Assembly (NCBI GenBank): GCA_030639305.1
Contig: DAOWCY010000012.1
Location: 954 to 64,953, forward strand
Length of the DNA: 64,000 nucleotides
Direction: 5' to 3'
Source of the DNA: Candidatus Aminicenantes bacterium
Lineage (GTDB): Bacteria; Acidobacteriota; Aminicenantia; UBA2199
In this document: piece after piece, positions 37,913-46,328 of the stretch
Position numbering within the stretch: position 1 is the stretch's first letter
Layout: each line of letters begins with the position of its first letter
Position numbers and translations under genes: made by a program
Notes under the pieces: model-generated
Database searches by the model: none
Told to the model about the DNA's origin: nothing
The model's input: the letters and a program-made list of their open reading frames with translations, nothing else

Positions 37913-37974
37913 CTAGTATATTTCCCCGGGATCAGGACAGCCTTTGACGACCGGGAAAAATCGTGCGGCACGTG

Positions 37975-38270
37975 GAGCGAGTTGTTCGGTTAAACAGAAG
38001 TTTTGGGAGGTCCGCGGCGCGGGCGGCTATATTGAAGAAGCCCCATGCCATGCCGCGTAGCGGCTCATCGGTTGGGTGTGCCGCACCCCCGGATTGCCCG
38101 GTTAAACAGAAGTTTTGGGAGTCCAAAAGGGGACTGCGTCCCCGCCCTATGAGCCGCTTTGCGGCAGGAGCCAACGATGTCCGTTTTTTGTGTAGATAAA
38201 CGTACCGCTCATCAAAAGTTTTGGGAGTCCAGAACCCTTTTTCAAAAGGGTTTTGGCCGCCGGAGGCAAA
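37975..38270 (+). repeat. Repeat family B cluster including AAAAGTTTTGGGAGTCCAGAACCCTTTTCAAAAGGGTTTTGGCCGCCGGAGGC
   Basis: 38145-38270 recurs inverted at 49755-49875. Confidence 0.85.
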
Positions 38271-38299
38271 AAGTCTGGATTTAATGGGTTTGAATAAGA

Positions 38300-38911
38300 G
38301 TGAAAAAAACGATTAAGTACCTTATTTTCCTATTGTTGTTGATCTGCATACTGTTTTTGTTTACGGATTTCTACGTCGTGTTTTTAGGTCCTCTTGAAGT
38401 AGGCGAGGAGGTCGGCAAAGATTTTGGGGATATGATCCTGGTTTTGGGAGGGGGATTGAAGCGGGGATTCGAGATCGGGTACAGCACCGAGGAGCGGTTA
38501 AACTTGGCCGTCGAGCTGTATAAACAGAGGAAGCGGGTGATTGTCGTATCCGACGGCAGTTTATACAAGAGGAGTCCCGCAATAAAAAAGATTGTCGGTT
38601 ATCTTTTGGAAAGGGGAGTAGACAGGGCGCATATCCGGTATGAAGGCGAGAGTCAGACCACCTATGACAATTTATCGTATGCCAAGAAGTTGGTGGAAGA
38701 GAGGGAATTTGAGCAAGTGATCGTATGCACATCGCCTTATCACCAGAGGCGGTCTAAGATGATTATGGCTCACTTAGGCTTAAAGAATTTCAAGATTGCC
38801 CGGATGGCGCGGTCTGAGGTGTTCCGGCCTGTTAATTTGGGCAAGAGGCTGCGGAACATGAAATTGATATTGCGTGAATATTTTGCCATAATAAAGTTCA
38901 AGCTTTTGTAA
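38300..38911 (+). CDS. YdcF / DUF218 family protein
   Basis: ILVLGGG, EGESQTTYDN, VCTSPYHQRRS; N-terminal TM. Confidence 0.92.
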   Translation: MKKTIKYLIFLLLLICILFLFTDFYVVFLGPLEVGEEVGKDFGDMILVLGGGLKRGFEIGYSTEERLNLAVELYKQRKRVIVVSDGSLYKRSPAIKKIVGYLLERGVDRAHIRYEGESQTTYDNLSYAKKLVEEREFEQVIVCTSPYHQRRSKMIMAHLGLKNFKIARMARSEVFRPVNLGKRLRNMKLILREYFAIIKFKLL

Positions 38912-39205
38912 GCCCACGGCGCGGGCGGGCAATGAGCTGCTTCGCAGCAGAGGCAGCGTGTGAGCGCCTTTGATTTTAAATAAACAAAAGTTTTGCTCAA
39001 ACTTTTTTGAAGGTGCGGTATGCCGCTGACCCCCGACAACAAATTCAATGGGGGTGGCCCCCGGCAGGGCCTGCGGAGCTAATAGGCTGGGTGCACCGAT
39101 ACAGCGGAGGAACGCAGCGTGTGAGCGTCTTTGATTTTAAATAAACAAAAGTTTTGATCAAACTTTTTTAAAAGTTTGGCCCCCGGCAGGGGCCGCCGGA
39201 GGCAA
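38912..39205 (+). repeat. Repeat family B cluster
   Basis: Two GCAGCGTGTGAGCG..TTTGATTTTAAATAAACAAAAGTTTTG units ending CCGGAGGC. Confidence 0.85.
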
Positions 39206-39375
39206 GGTGCCTTTAGAGAACCGGACGACGCGAGAAAAAAATCCTGGTTATTGAAAACTTCCTATATTTGGTGTAATATTTAATGGCCATGAACAATGAA
39301 TTTTTTTATAATTTTTTTTACCTGGGTGTTAAGTGTGAAAGAAGGTGTTATATAGTAGAGAAGGAGATTTAGGCC

Positions 39376-40845
39376 ATGAGCAGCGAAAAAAAAGAAGCGA
39401 ATTACTTAGATTTTGAATTAAAAATCGACCCGGGCGCGGGACGAGATTATCCTATCTGTGTCATCAATTCGCCTGCCGGACAGGCAAGTGAAACCATGCG
39501 TTTCCCTTTTGATGAATTGGTGTTGGAAAACCGCCTTAAGGATTTACAGATCGCCCTTCTGCGTTCAGGAGGAAAACACCGCCGGGTAAAATTGCCGGAA
39601 GAACAAGCAGTGCAGAATTTTGGCAAGGCGTTGTTTGCCGCCCTTTTTTGCGGTGAAGTGCGCAGCCGATATGACGTCGGTTTAACGAAGGCGGCCCAAC
39701 AGGGCAAAGGGCTGCGAATAAAACTCCGTGTGCAATCACCGGAGCTGGCTGCGCTGCCCTGGGAATTTATGTTCGATGAACGGCAGGGTGAATTCCTCTG
39801 CCTTTCCCGCAGGACGCCTATCGTCAGGTATGTCGAGCTGCCTCAGCCCATCCAGCCGGTCTCAGTCGAGCTTCCCCTGCGCATTTTAGGTATGATTGCT
39901 GCCCCGGATGATCTGCCCGATCTGGATATCCAGCGGGAAAAGCAGCGCATAGAGAAAGCGGTTAAAGACCTGGAAAAAAAGGGTCTGGTGGAACTAACCT
40001 GGCTGCCCGGGCAAACCTGGCGGGATTTGCAAAAGGCCATGCGGGGCGGCCCCTGGCATATTTTTCATTTTATCGGCCACGGCGGTTTTGACGATCATAG
40101 AGACGAAGGGCTTATTTGTTTAGCGAATGAAGAAGGTAAAAGACACCTGTTGAGCGCCACCCAGTTAGGCAGGCTGCTGGCCGATCATGAACCTCTCCGT
40201 TTGGTGCTGTTGAATGCCTGTGAAGGAGCGCGAGGGGGCGGTGGGGACATTTTTTCCAGCAGTGCGTCTATTTTGGTGCAGCGGGGTATTCCTGCCGTGA
40301 TCGCCATGCAGTATGAAATCACCGACCGGGCGGCCATCGAATTTTCCAGGACGTTTTATGAAGTGCTGGCCGAAGGTCAGCCCATAGACGCCTCCACCGC
40401 CGAAGCCCGCAAGTCGATCAGTTTAGCCGTCAACAACACGCTGGAATGGGGCACGCCCGTGTTGTATATGCGATCCCCGGATGGTGTTTTATTTTCGCCG
40501 GAGCAGGCCCCACTTAAAGAAAAGATTATTCCTCCTGTTACGCAGCCAGCCCCGGAAAAGCAGCCCGGTTTTGCGAAGATTGAGCGCCTCATGCCTGCAC
40601 TGCTCGAAGAGATGAGAGAGGATATTCGAAACAACCCAACAAAACGGGAGTTCGTCATCCTCAAACGCGGCTGGCAATACAACAGTAGTGAGCGTTATTT
40701 GGCGTACTACCTCGATGAACACGACGACCTGGAGGGTAAACTGGAAGTGCTTGTCAACCTTGGATTCCTCCGAGAGATTACTTACAACAATGTGCGTCGC
40801 TTCATCTTCCAGGAAGAATTCGTGGATTACTTGACGGCGACATGA
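39376..40845 (+). CDS. CHAT (caspase-like) domain protein with unknown C-terminal domain
   Basis: LPWEF, HFIGHGG (His), LNACEG (Cys), VIAMQ, WGTPVLY. Confidence 0.93.
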   Translation: MSSEKKEANYLDFELKIDPGAGRDYPICVINSPAGQASETMRFPFDELVLENRLKDLQIALLRSGGKHRRVKLPEEQAVQNFGKALFAALFCGEVRSRYDVGLTKAAQQGKGLRIKLRVQSPELAALPWEFMFDERQGEFLCLSRRTPIVRYVELPQPIQPVSVELPLRILGMIAAPDDLPDLDIQREKQRIEKAVKDLEKKGLVELTWLPGQTWRDLQKAMRGGPWHIFHFIGHGGFDDHRDEGLICLANEEGKRHLLSATQLGRLLADHEPLRLVLLNACEGARGGGGDIFSSSASILVQRGIPAVIAMQYEITDRAAIEFSRTFYEVLAEGQPIDASTAEARKSISLAVNNTLEWGTPVLYMRSPDGVLFSPEQAPLKEKIIPPVTQPAPEKQPGFAKIERLMPALLEEMREDIRNNPTKREFVILKRGWQYNSSERYLAYYLDEHDDLEGKLEVLVNLGFLREITYNNVRRFIFQEEFVDYLTAT

Positions 40846-40864
40846 GTGTCAAAATTGAAAATTG

Positions 40865-40895
40865 GGGCCGGTGCGTTGGAGTGCGCAAATTTGTG
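40865..40895 (+). repeat. Repeat family C
   Basis: GGGGCCGGTGCGTTGGAGTGCGCAAATTTGTG. Confidence 0.85.
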
Positions 40896-40973
40896 AAACC
40901 GTTATTTATCTCGAGGAATTTTGTTGACTTTTAGACCAAATCGAACTACTATAAACTATATACAGGAGGCAAT

Positions 40974-41129
40974 ATGCGAAATGAATATACAGCAGTGATA
41001 AAACAAGATGGCGATTGGTGGATCGGCTGGGTGGAAGAAATTTCCGGGGTAAATTGCCAGGAATATACCCGTGAAGAATTATTGGAGACACTGCGAATAA
41101 CCCTGAAAGAAGCTCTTGAATACCCGTAG
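40974..41129 (+). pseudogene. hicB: HicB-like antitoxin truncated by REP insertion
   Basis: MRNEYTAVIKQDGDWWIGWVEEISGVNCQEYTREELLETLRITLKEALEYP*; CAGGAGG RBS; the stop is the TAG of the REP GTAG. Confidence 0.8.
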
Positions 41130-41200
41130 GGGACGCACATGTGCGCCCCGTTTTCGTTTTTTCGTCCCGCATCTTTAGGGCGCATATATGCGGCCCCTAC
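41126..41200. mobile_element. GTAG-type REP doublet (REPIN-like)
   Basis: GTAGGGGACGCACATGTGCGCCC...GGGCGCATATATGCGGCCCCTAC; arms differ at 3 of 23 nt. Confidence 0.8.
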
Positions 41201-41302
41201 AGGTATGGATGGTCGAATTGTTTGAAATTTGGATTTTGTGATTTGGAATTTACCCGACTTGCGGGTTTTGTGGAGAAAAGGGATAGGCTATCCAAGAAAA
41301 CC

Positions 41303-41399
41303 TGGGGCCGGTGCGTTGGAGTGTGCAAGTTTGTGGGGAAAAAAGACAGGTTAAATTTAGCCCCAGTGGAGCTTGAAATTTATAAAATTCAAGGAAAAG
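41303..41399 (+). repeat. Repeat family C plus downstream segment duplicated at 42723-42825
   Basis: Near-identical sequence. Confidence 0.85.
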
Positions 41400-41428
41400 T
41401 TGACAAATAGGGTTTTTTCTAATAATAT
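41400..41428 (+). promoter_or_regulatory. Sigma70 promoter of the antitoxin-PIN pair
   Basis: TTGACA-N17-TAATAT. Confidence 0.65.
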
Positions 41429-41444
41429 AGAGTTGGAGGCAATC

Positions 41445-41672
41445 ATGTTAGTAGAGAAGATACTGCAAGACCGGGATGAATTGATCGCCATTGTTAATAA
41501 ATGGTCTGATGAAGATGAGAGGCTGTTGGTTTTTGAAAAAGACGATACGCTGGTACTGAAAAAAATGAAATGGAATTTGTCCGGTTTTGCCGACGATTCA
41601 TACAATGATGAAATGAGTATGGAAGAGATAGTAGCGGAAGTTCATCGAAATAGGCATCCGGGTAGTAAATGA
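41445..41672 (+). CDS. Putative antitoxin (AbrB/MazE-like C-terminus)
   Basis: GGAGG RBS; DTLVLKK...MSMEEIVAEVHR; ATGA overlap with PIN toxin. Confidence 0.65.
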   Translation: MLVEKILQDRDELIAIVNKWSDEDERLLVFEKDDTLVLKKMKWNLSGFADDSYNDEMSMEEIVAEVHRNRHPGSK

Positions 41673-42106
41673 GAGTTGTTTTAGACACCAACGTCGTCAT
41701 ATCGGGGATATTTTGGCGGGGAGTCCCCAATGAAATATTAAAGTTAATCGAGAAGAAAAAAGGGATTGATTTTATTCAGAGTATCGAGATTTTTGGTGAA
41801 TTGTCCCGGGTCATTCAAAGAGGGAAATTCGCTAAAATTGCGGCAAGAAGAGAGTTAAGCATAGACACCATCCTGGAATCGTTACTTACAGCTTGTAAAT
41901 TTTATCAAATTTCGAGGGTAAGCAGGGATGAAGTGAAAAAAGAAATAGTAATAGACGATGCCGATGATGTAATATTCATCGAACTGGCGGTAGAGGCTGG
42001 GGCGGATTATATTATAAGCGGTGATCCTCATCTTTTAGACCTCAAAGAATACAAAAAAATCAAGATCGTGAAACCGGCTGAATTCTTAAGAGCTATTTCG
42101 GTTTAA
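41669..42106 (+). CDS. PIN-domain toxin
   Basis: MRVVLDTNVVISG...DDVIFIELAV...IISGDPHLL. Confidence 0.93.
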   Translation: MRVVLDTNVVISGIFWRGVPNEILKLIEKKKGIDFIQSIEIFGELSRVIQRGKFAKIAARRELSIDTILESLLTACKFYQISRVSRDEVKKEIVIDDADDVIFIELAVEAGADYIISGDPHLLDLKEYKKIKIVKPAEFLRAISV

Positions 42107-42228
42107 CATTTCCGATAGGGACTTGATTCACAACCCGGTTTCCACTATAATAGCCCTTTGATTAAAGAATACCCGGCTGCCGGTTGTGAGGGCTTCCGGG
42201 ATAATTTAATTTGATCGGAGATAAATAA

Positions 42229-42714
42229 ATGGGTTATCAATCATTATATGAATTATTTCCCGCTATTGCGGAACGCGAAACCCGCAATATAATCATCGGG
42301 GAGCAAACGGAATACGCTCTACCACCCGCGACTTACACTTTTATCGAACAGTTCTGCAATGATCGCGGTTGTGATTGCAGACGTGTTTTTTTTTATGTCA
42401 AAAGTTCCCTGCGCGAGGGACCGGAAGCTGTCATCGCCTACGGCTGGGAATCCGAGGATTACTACATAGAGTGGATGGGCGATGATGATCCACTCTCTAT
42501 CGAACAACTCAAGGGGCCTATGTTGAATCTCGCCAGCCCAAGAACTGAGTTGGCTAATGAACTCGTAACATTTTTCATCGACGTTTTGTTGAATGATAAA
42601 GAGTACATCGAACGTGTCAAAAGACACTACCGCTTGTTTCGCGGCAAGATCGACGGTAAGCCGACGTTGAAAATTCCCTCGAAGAAACGAAAAAAGAAAA
42701 AACGGAAAGCATAA
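42229..42714 (+). CDS. Hypothetical protein with Cx4CxC motif and Lys-rich tail
   Basis: FCNDRGCDCRRVFF; plausible RBS; 161 aa. Confidence 0.75.
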   Translation: MGYQSLYELFPAIAERETRNIIIGEQTEYALPPATYTFIEQFCNDRGCDCRRVFFYVKSSLREGPEAVIAYGWESEDYYIEWMGDDDPLSIEQLKGPMLNLASPRTELANELVTFFIDVLLNDKEYIERVKRHYRLFRGKIDGKPTLKIPSKKRKKKKRKA

Positions 42715-42722
42715 TAGGTAAT

Positions 42723-43135
42723 CCGGCCCCGGTGCGTTGGAATGTGCAAATTTGTGGAGAAAAAAGACAGGTTAAATTTAGTCCCGGTGGAGCTTAAAAT
42801 TTATAAAATTCAAGGAAAAGTTGACAAATAGGTTTTTTTCAATAATATAGAGTTGGAGGTATTCATGTTAGTAGAGAAGATATTGCAAGACCGGGATGAA
42901 GTGATCGCCATTGTTAATAAATGGTCTGATGAAGATGAGAGGCTGCGGAACATGAAATTGATATTGCGGGAGTATTTTGCCATCCTGAAGTTCAAGCTTT
43001 TGTAAGCCCACGGCGCGGGCGGGCAATGAGCTGCTTCGCAGCAGAGGCAGCGTGTGAGCGCCTTTGATTTTAAATAAACAAAAGTTTTGATCAAACTTTT
43101 ACAAAAGTTTGGCCCCCGGCAGGGCCTGCGGAGCT
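42723..43135 (+). pseudogene. Chimeric duplicate: antitoxin 5' end fused to ydcF 3' end plus flanking repeats
   Basis: 42723-42945 copies 41303-41525 and 42938-43090 copies 38844-38995; joined at AGAGGCTG; 46-codon ORF 42865-43005. Confidence 0.9.
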
Positions 43136-43313
43136 AATAGGTTGGGTGCGCCGCACCCCCGGAGGGAAAGTGATTTTATGGCAGCAGTGATGTTACCCAA
43201 TTCATTACCCAATTATATAGGTATTACCCAATTAAGATAACCCGGTTTTTTCCCAGCGAGCCTTTGGACCTCTCCCTGAACAATGGAGTTTCCCCTGCTT
43301 TCGCATAAAACTG

Positions 43314-43345
43314 GAGCCGGTGCGCTGGGATGTGCAAATTTGTGA
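43314..43345 (+). repeat. Repeat family C
   Basis: GGAGCCGGTGCGCTGGGATGTGCAAATTTGTG. Confidence 0.8.
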
Positions 43346-43384
43346 AAAAAAAGGGGATAGGCCAAATTCTATAGAGGGATGGGA

Positions 43385-44734
43385 TTACAGGCAGCGAATC
43401 CGCAGGCACTGCCGATCTTCAGGATTAACTTTAAAGGTATCGGCTAACGGGGAACCTACCGACCAAATAAGACGGCCATCGCCATTCGATACAAGCGGAC
43501 ATAAATTCCTCAGTTCGGCGGGGAAACCGGCTTCCCGGATCATCTCGAAAACACGCAGGTTCAAAGTAGAATTCAACTTGATATACCTGTCCCCTTTTCG
43601 GGGCGACCTGATCGTTAAAGGAAATTTCACCGTGGATAAGGGGAGCAGCGCTTCGAAATTCGTCCCGGGTTTCCCGGGGCAGGGGGTCTCTTTCTCGATC
43701 ATTATTTTTTTCCCGGTTTCGCCGATTTCTAAAATACAAGCTGATTCTACCATATAGTTGTAGTCCGGGATAGTGAGGCTCTTCGGGTAGATATAACCTT
43801 TGTGAAATTTTAGTTCTAAACCGGGAATGGCAATGCCCTTAGATGTCGAGATACCGGACAGGATGTTCTCCACATGGGCGAAGTCGATATCCAGCAGGTC
43901 GCCTTTCAAGCGGCGGATATATTCTCTCAAAACAAAACGCTGCACAGCAGGGTGATTCTTTTTTATAACTTCTACCGGCAAAATTTTATTTACGATCAAG
44001 TTCTCCGCAAGGATCTTCTCCGCCAACTTTTTGAAATAATCATACTCTTCCTGGATCATATAGACGGTCCTGGCAACATGATCGTCGATATGAGGCTCGA
44101 TTTTTTCTATCTCCGGCATCAACACATGGCGAATCCTGTTTCTTAGAAAAACCTGCTGTTTGTTGGTATAGTCCCGGTAATATTGGATATTATTTCTTTC
44201 TAAAAAAGAGAGAATATCTTTCTGCGTAAAAATGAGCAGCGGCCTGATCATTTCTTCGCCCACTTTGCTGTAGATGCCGCTCAATCCCCGGCTGCCGCTG
44301 CCCCGGAAAAGCTTTATAAAAAAAGTCTCGGTCAGGTCCGATTTGGTATGGGCAGTGGCGATTTTGGCGTTCGGGCGCTTAGACGCCACCTTTTTTAAAA
44401 AGCGGGTGCGTAAAATAGAAGCTGCGTTTTCTAAGTTTAGTTTGTGTTTGTTTTTATACTCGATTACATCGCCTTCGCCTACCTCTAATTCTACTTCTTT
44501 AGAGGCGCAGAGGTTCTTGACCCACTGTTCTTCTGCTTCTGCGTCTGCCCGGATGCGATGGTTAAAATAAGCGGCCAGCAATTTAAAACCTACATCTTTT
44601 TGTAGTTCTTTCAGTAGGAGCAGTAGGGTTAGCGAGTCCTTTCCCCCGGAAAAAGCGATGATTACAGTGCTATCTTTTTCGATTTGGTGGGAATTTTTTA
44701 TATTCTTTAGAAAATCAGGGTATAGATATTTCAT
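43385..44734 (-). CDS. tilS: tRNA(Ile)-lysidine synthetase
   Basis: AFSGGKDS PP-loop, TAHTKSDLTETF, RPLL, DYTN...RNRIR. Confidence 0.97.
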   Translation of the reverse strand: MKYLYPDFLKNIKNSHQIEKDSTVIIAFSGGKDSLTLLLLLKELQKDVGFKLLAAYFNHRIRADAEAEEQWVKNLCASKEVELEVGEGDVIEYKNKHKLNLENAASILRTRFLKKVASKRPNAKIATAHTKSDLTETFFIKLFRGSGSRGLSGIYSKVGEEMIRPLLIFTQKDILSFLERNNIQYYRDYTNKQQVFLRNRIRHVLMPEIEKIEPHIDDHVARTVYMIQEEYDYFKKLAEKILAENLIVNKILPVEVIKKNHPAVQRFVLREYIRRLKGDLLDIDFAHVENILSGISTSKGIAIPGLELKFHKGYIYPKSLTIPDYNYMVESACILEIGETGKKIMIEKETPCPGKPGTNFEALLPLSTVKFPLTIRSPRKGDRYIKLNSTLNLRVFEMIREAGFPAELRNLCPLVSNGDGRLIWSVGSPLADTFKVNPEDRQCLRIRCL

Positions 44735-44743
44735 TTGTAAAAA

Positions 44744-44816
44744 TAGCGGCGGAGGGACTTGAACCCACGACGTATCGGATATGAGCCGACTGCTCTGCCG
44801 ACTGAGCTACGCCGCC
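44744..44816 (-). tRNA. tRNA with CAU anticodon, most likely elongator tRNA-Met; no encoded CCA
   Basis: GGCGGCG/CGCCGCT acceptor stem with A73; D-arm GCTC/GAGC; anticodon arm GTCGG-CTCATAT-CCGAT; T-loop TTCAAGT. Confidence 0.95.
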
Positions 44817-44902
44817 ATCAAAAGCTTATTATACCCTATTTTGGCGAATTTAGCAAGTTTTTTGGAAGTAACTGTTCAGTTCCAGAAAAATCTAAAACAG
44901 TC

Positions 44903-45092
44903 TTGCCTCCGGCGGCCCTGCAATACTGTTGCCTTAAGGCTTGGTGTGTTTTGCGAAGCAATAATGGGGGTTAGGGGAGCCTCCCCCCTGGCCCTCGGAG
45001 AGCCACCGGAGGCATCTTTTCTCCTTAAAGCAACAGTATTGGGCGGCCCTGCCGGGGGCCAAACTTTTGTAAAAGTTTGAACAAAACTTTTG
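44903..45092 (-). repeat. Repeat family B, inverted, with internal long inverted repeat
   Basis: GCCTCCGGCGGCCCTG...CAATACTGTTGCCTTAAGG / CCTTAAAGCAACAGTATTG...GGGGGCCAAACTTTT. Confidence 0.85.
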
Positions 45093-45168
45093 TTTAAGAA
45101 AGATTCAGGTGCATGTTCTTTGTTTTTATATTTGCTTCAGGAGCTGGTTCGGTATTTTTGACGGATAT

Positions 45169-46035
45169 TTAGATTACTTCGCGGTCTTCGGCCAAAGCCC
45201 ACTGTTTGGTAGTACCTGGACGCAAAGGTCCAAGGGTAACGATTTTGTCGAGGAAACCTCCGCGCACTCCCGAATAATACATCCGCCGTAAACGATGCCG
45301 GTCGCCGCCCATTTCTAATTTCCAGGTTTTCGGTTCGGGTTTGTACAACCTGAGATAGGTGCGCATCATCACCGTGGAATGGGGGATGTCGTATTTCTTG
45401 AACTCCGGGCTGCCCTGTACGTCCCATTCGCCGGGAGCATATTCGTAGCTCATTTTGCCCCAGGCTATTTCCAGGTCTTTTCCCCTGGCAAAACGCAGCA
45501 AAGATTCCAGGTGGTCCAATTCCCAGACGTCGTCGTCGTCCACATGGGCCAGCCACAGCCCCCGGGCCAGGGAGTGGGCTTTGGTATTGGGTATCGCCCC
45601 GGCCGACATGTGACGATGATGTTTATCCTGGGGGTATTCGGCCCGTTTATCCAGGTTCAAAAAACGAATCCTGGTATCATTTAAGGCGGCAATTCGCTCC
45701 GCTGTGTCGTCGGTGCAGTGATCGCCCACGATGACCACTTCGATGTTTTGATAGGTTTGCGCCAGGACCCTGGGCAGCACTTTTTCGGTCAGCAGTTTGC
45801 CCCGGTTCCAGGTAGGGATAGTGACACTGACCAGAGGGTTATCGTCTTTTTTGTAAAGGTGGCCGTATTTTCCCCGGGCTGTTAGGAGCTGCCTTTTCTC
45901 TTTTAAAGCCCGTGTCCTTAATACGAAGAAGCGCCGCGTATGAAGCGGCAATTTCAAAATATACTCCTTCCAGTAACGTTCAGCCCGCCAGGTAATCCCG
46001 CCGGGGATTTTTTTTATTTTTTCGATTAAGTTCAT
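45169..46035 (-). CDS. Glycosyltransferase family 2
   Basis: VSVTIPTWNR, VVIVGDHCTD, LAHVDDDD; ORF track starts at 46083. Confidence 0.92.
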   Translation of the reverse strand: MNLIEKIKKIPGGITWRAERYWKEYILKLPLHTRRFFVLRTRALKEKRQLLTARGKYGHLYKKDDNPLVSVTIPTWNRGKLLTEKVLPRVLAQTYQNIEVVIVGDHCTDDTAERIAALNDTRIRFLNLDKRAEYPQDKHHRHMSAGAIPNTKAHSLARGLWLAHVDDDDVWELDHLESLLRFARGKDLEIAWGKMSYEYAPGEWDVQGSPEFKKYDIPHSTVMMRTYLRLYKPEPKTWKLEMGGDRHRLRRMYYSGVRGGFLDKIVTLGPLRPGTTKQWALAEDREVI

Positions 46036-46130
46036 GATTTTACCGCTCCCGGTTGTTATTTTCAGAAAAAAAACCATAATCAAAAGTTTTGTGGATGATA
46101 AGTCTTTGTTCAGCGCTCATTGGACTTCGA

Positions 46131-46313
46131 TCAGCGATTAGCGCTGATTGGGCGCAGTTTTTTTTTAATTTCACCGCTGCCGTCATTTATAAAAGCAAAA
46201 AACCCGGTTATTTCGTCGATGGTTTTTTTGTCTACCGTCCTGCCTGTGGGCAGGGTCTTTTCAAACAGCGGAACGCCGGAAAAAATAGCTAAGTTGTCTA
46301 TGTTTTTTTTCAT
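46131..46313 (-). pseudogene. Probable DegT/DnrJ/EryC1/StrS aminotransferase remnant with a large in-frame internal deletion
   Basis: MKKNIDNLAIFSGVPLF (N-terminus-like) directly joined to TLPTGRTVDKKTIDEI...EIKKKL (C-terminus-like); from recalled family pattern. Confidence 0.55.
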
Positions 46314-46328
46314 GATAATATACACCAC

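Noticed and set aside
44744-44816. tRNA-Ile2 or initiator tRNA-fMet
   Set aside because: No C1:A72 mismatch or GGG/CCC anticodon stem (not initiator); the acceptor stem resembles elongator Met. Ile2 is less likely but not excluded.
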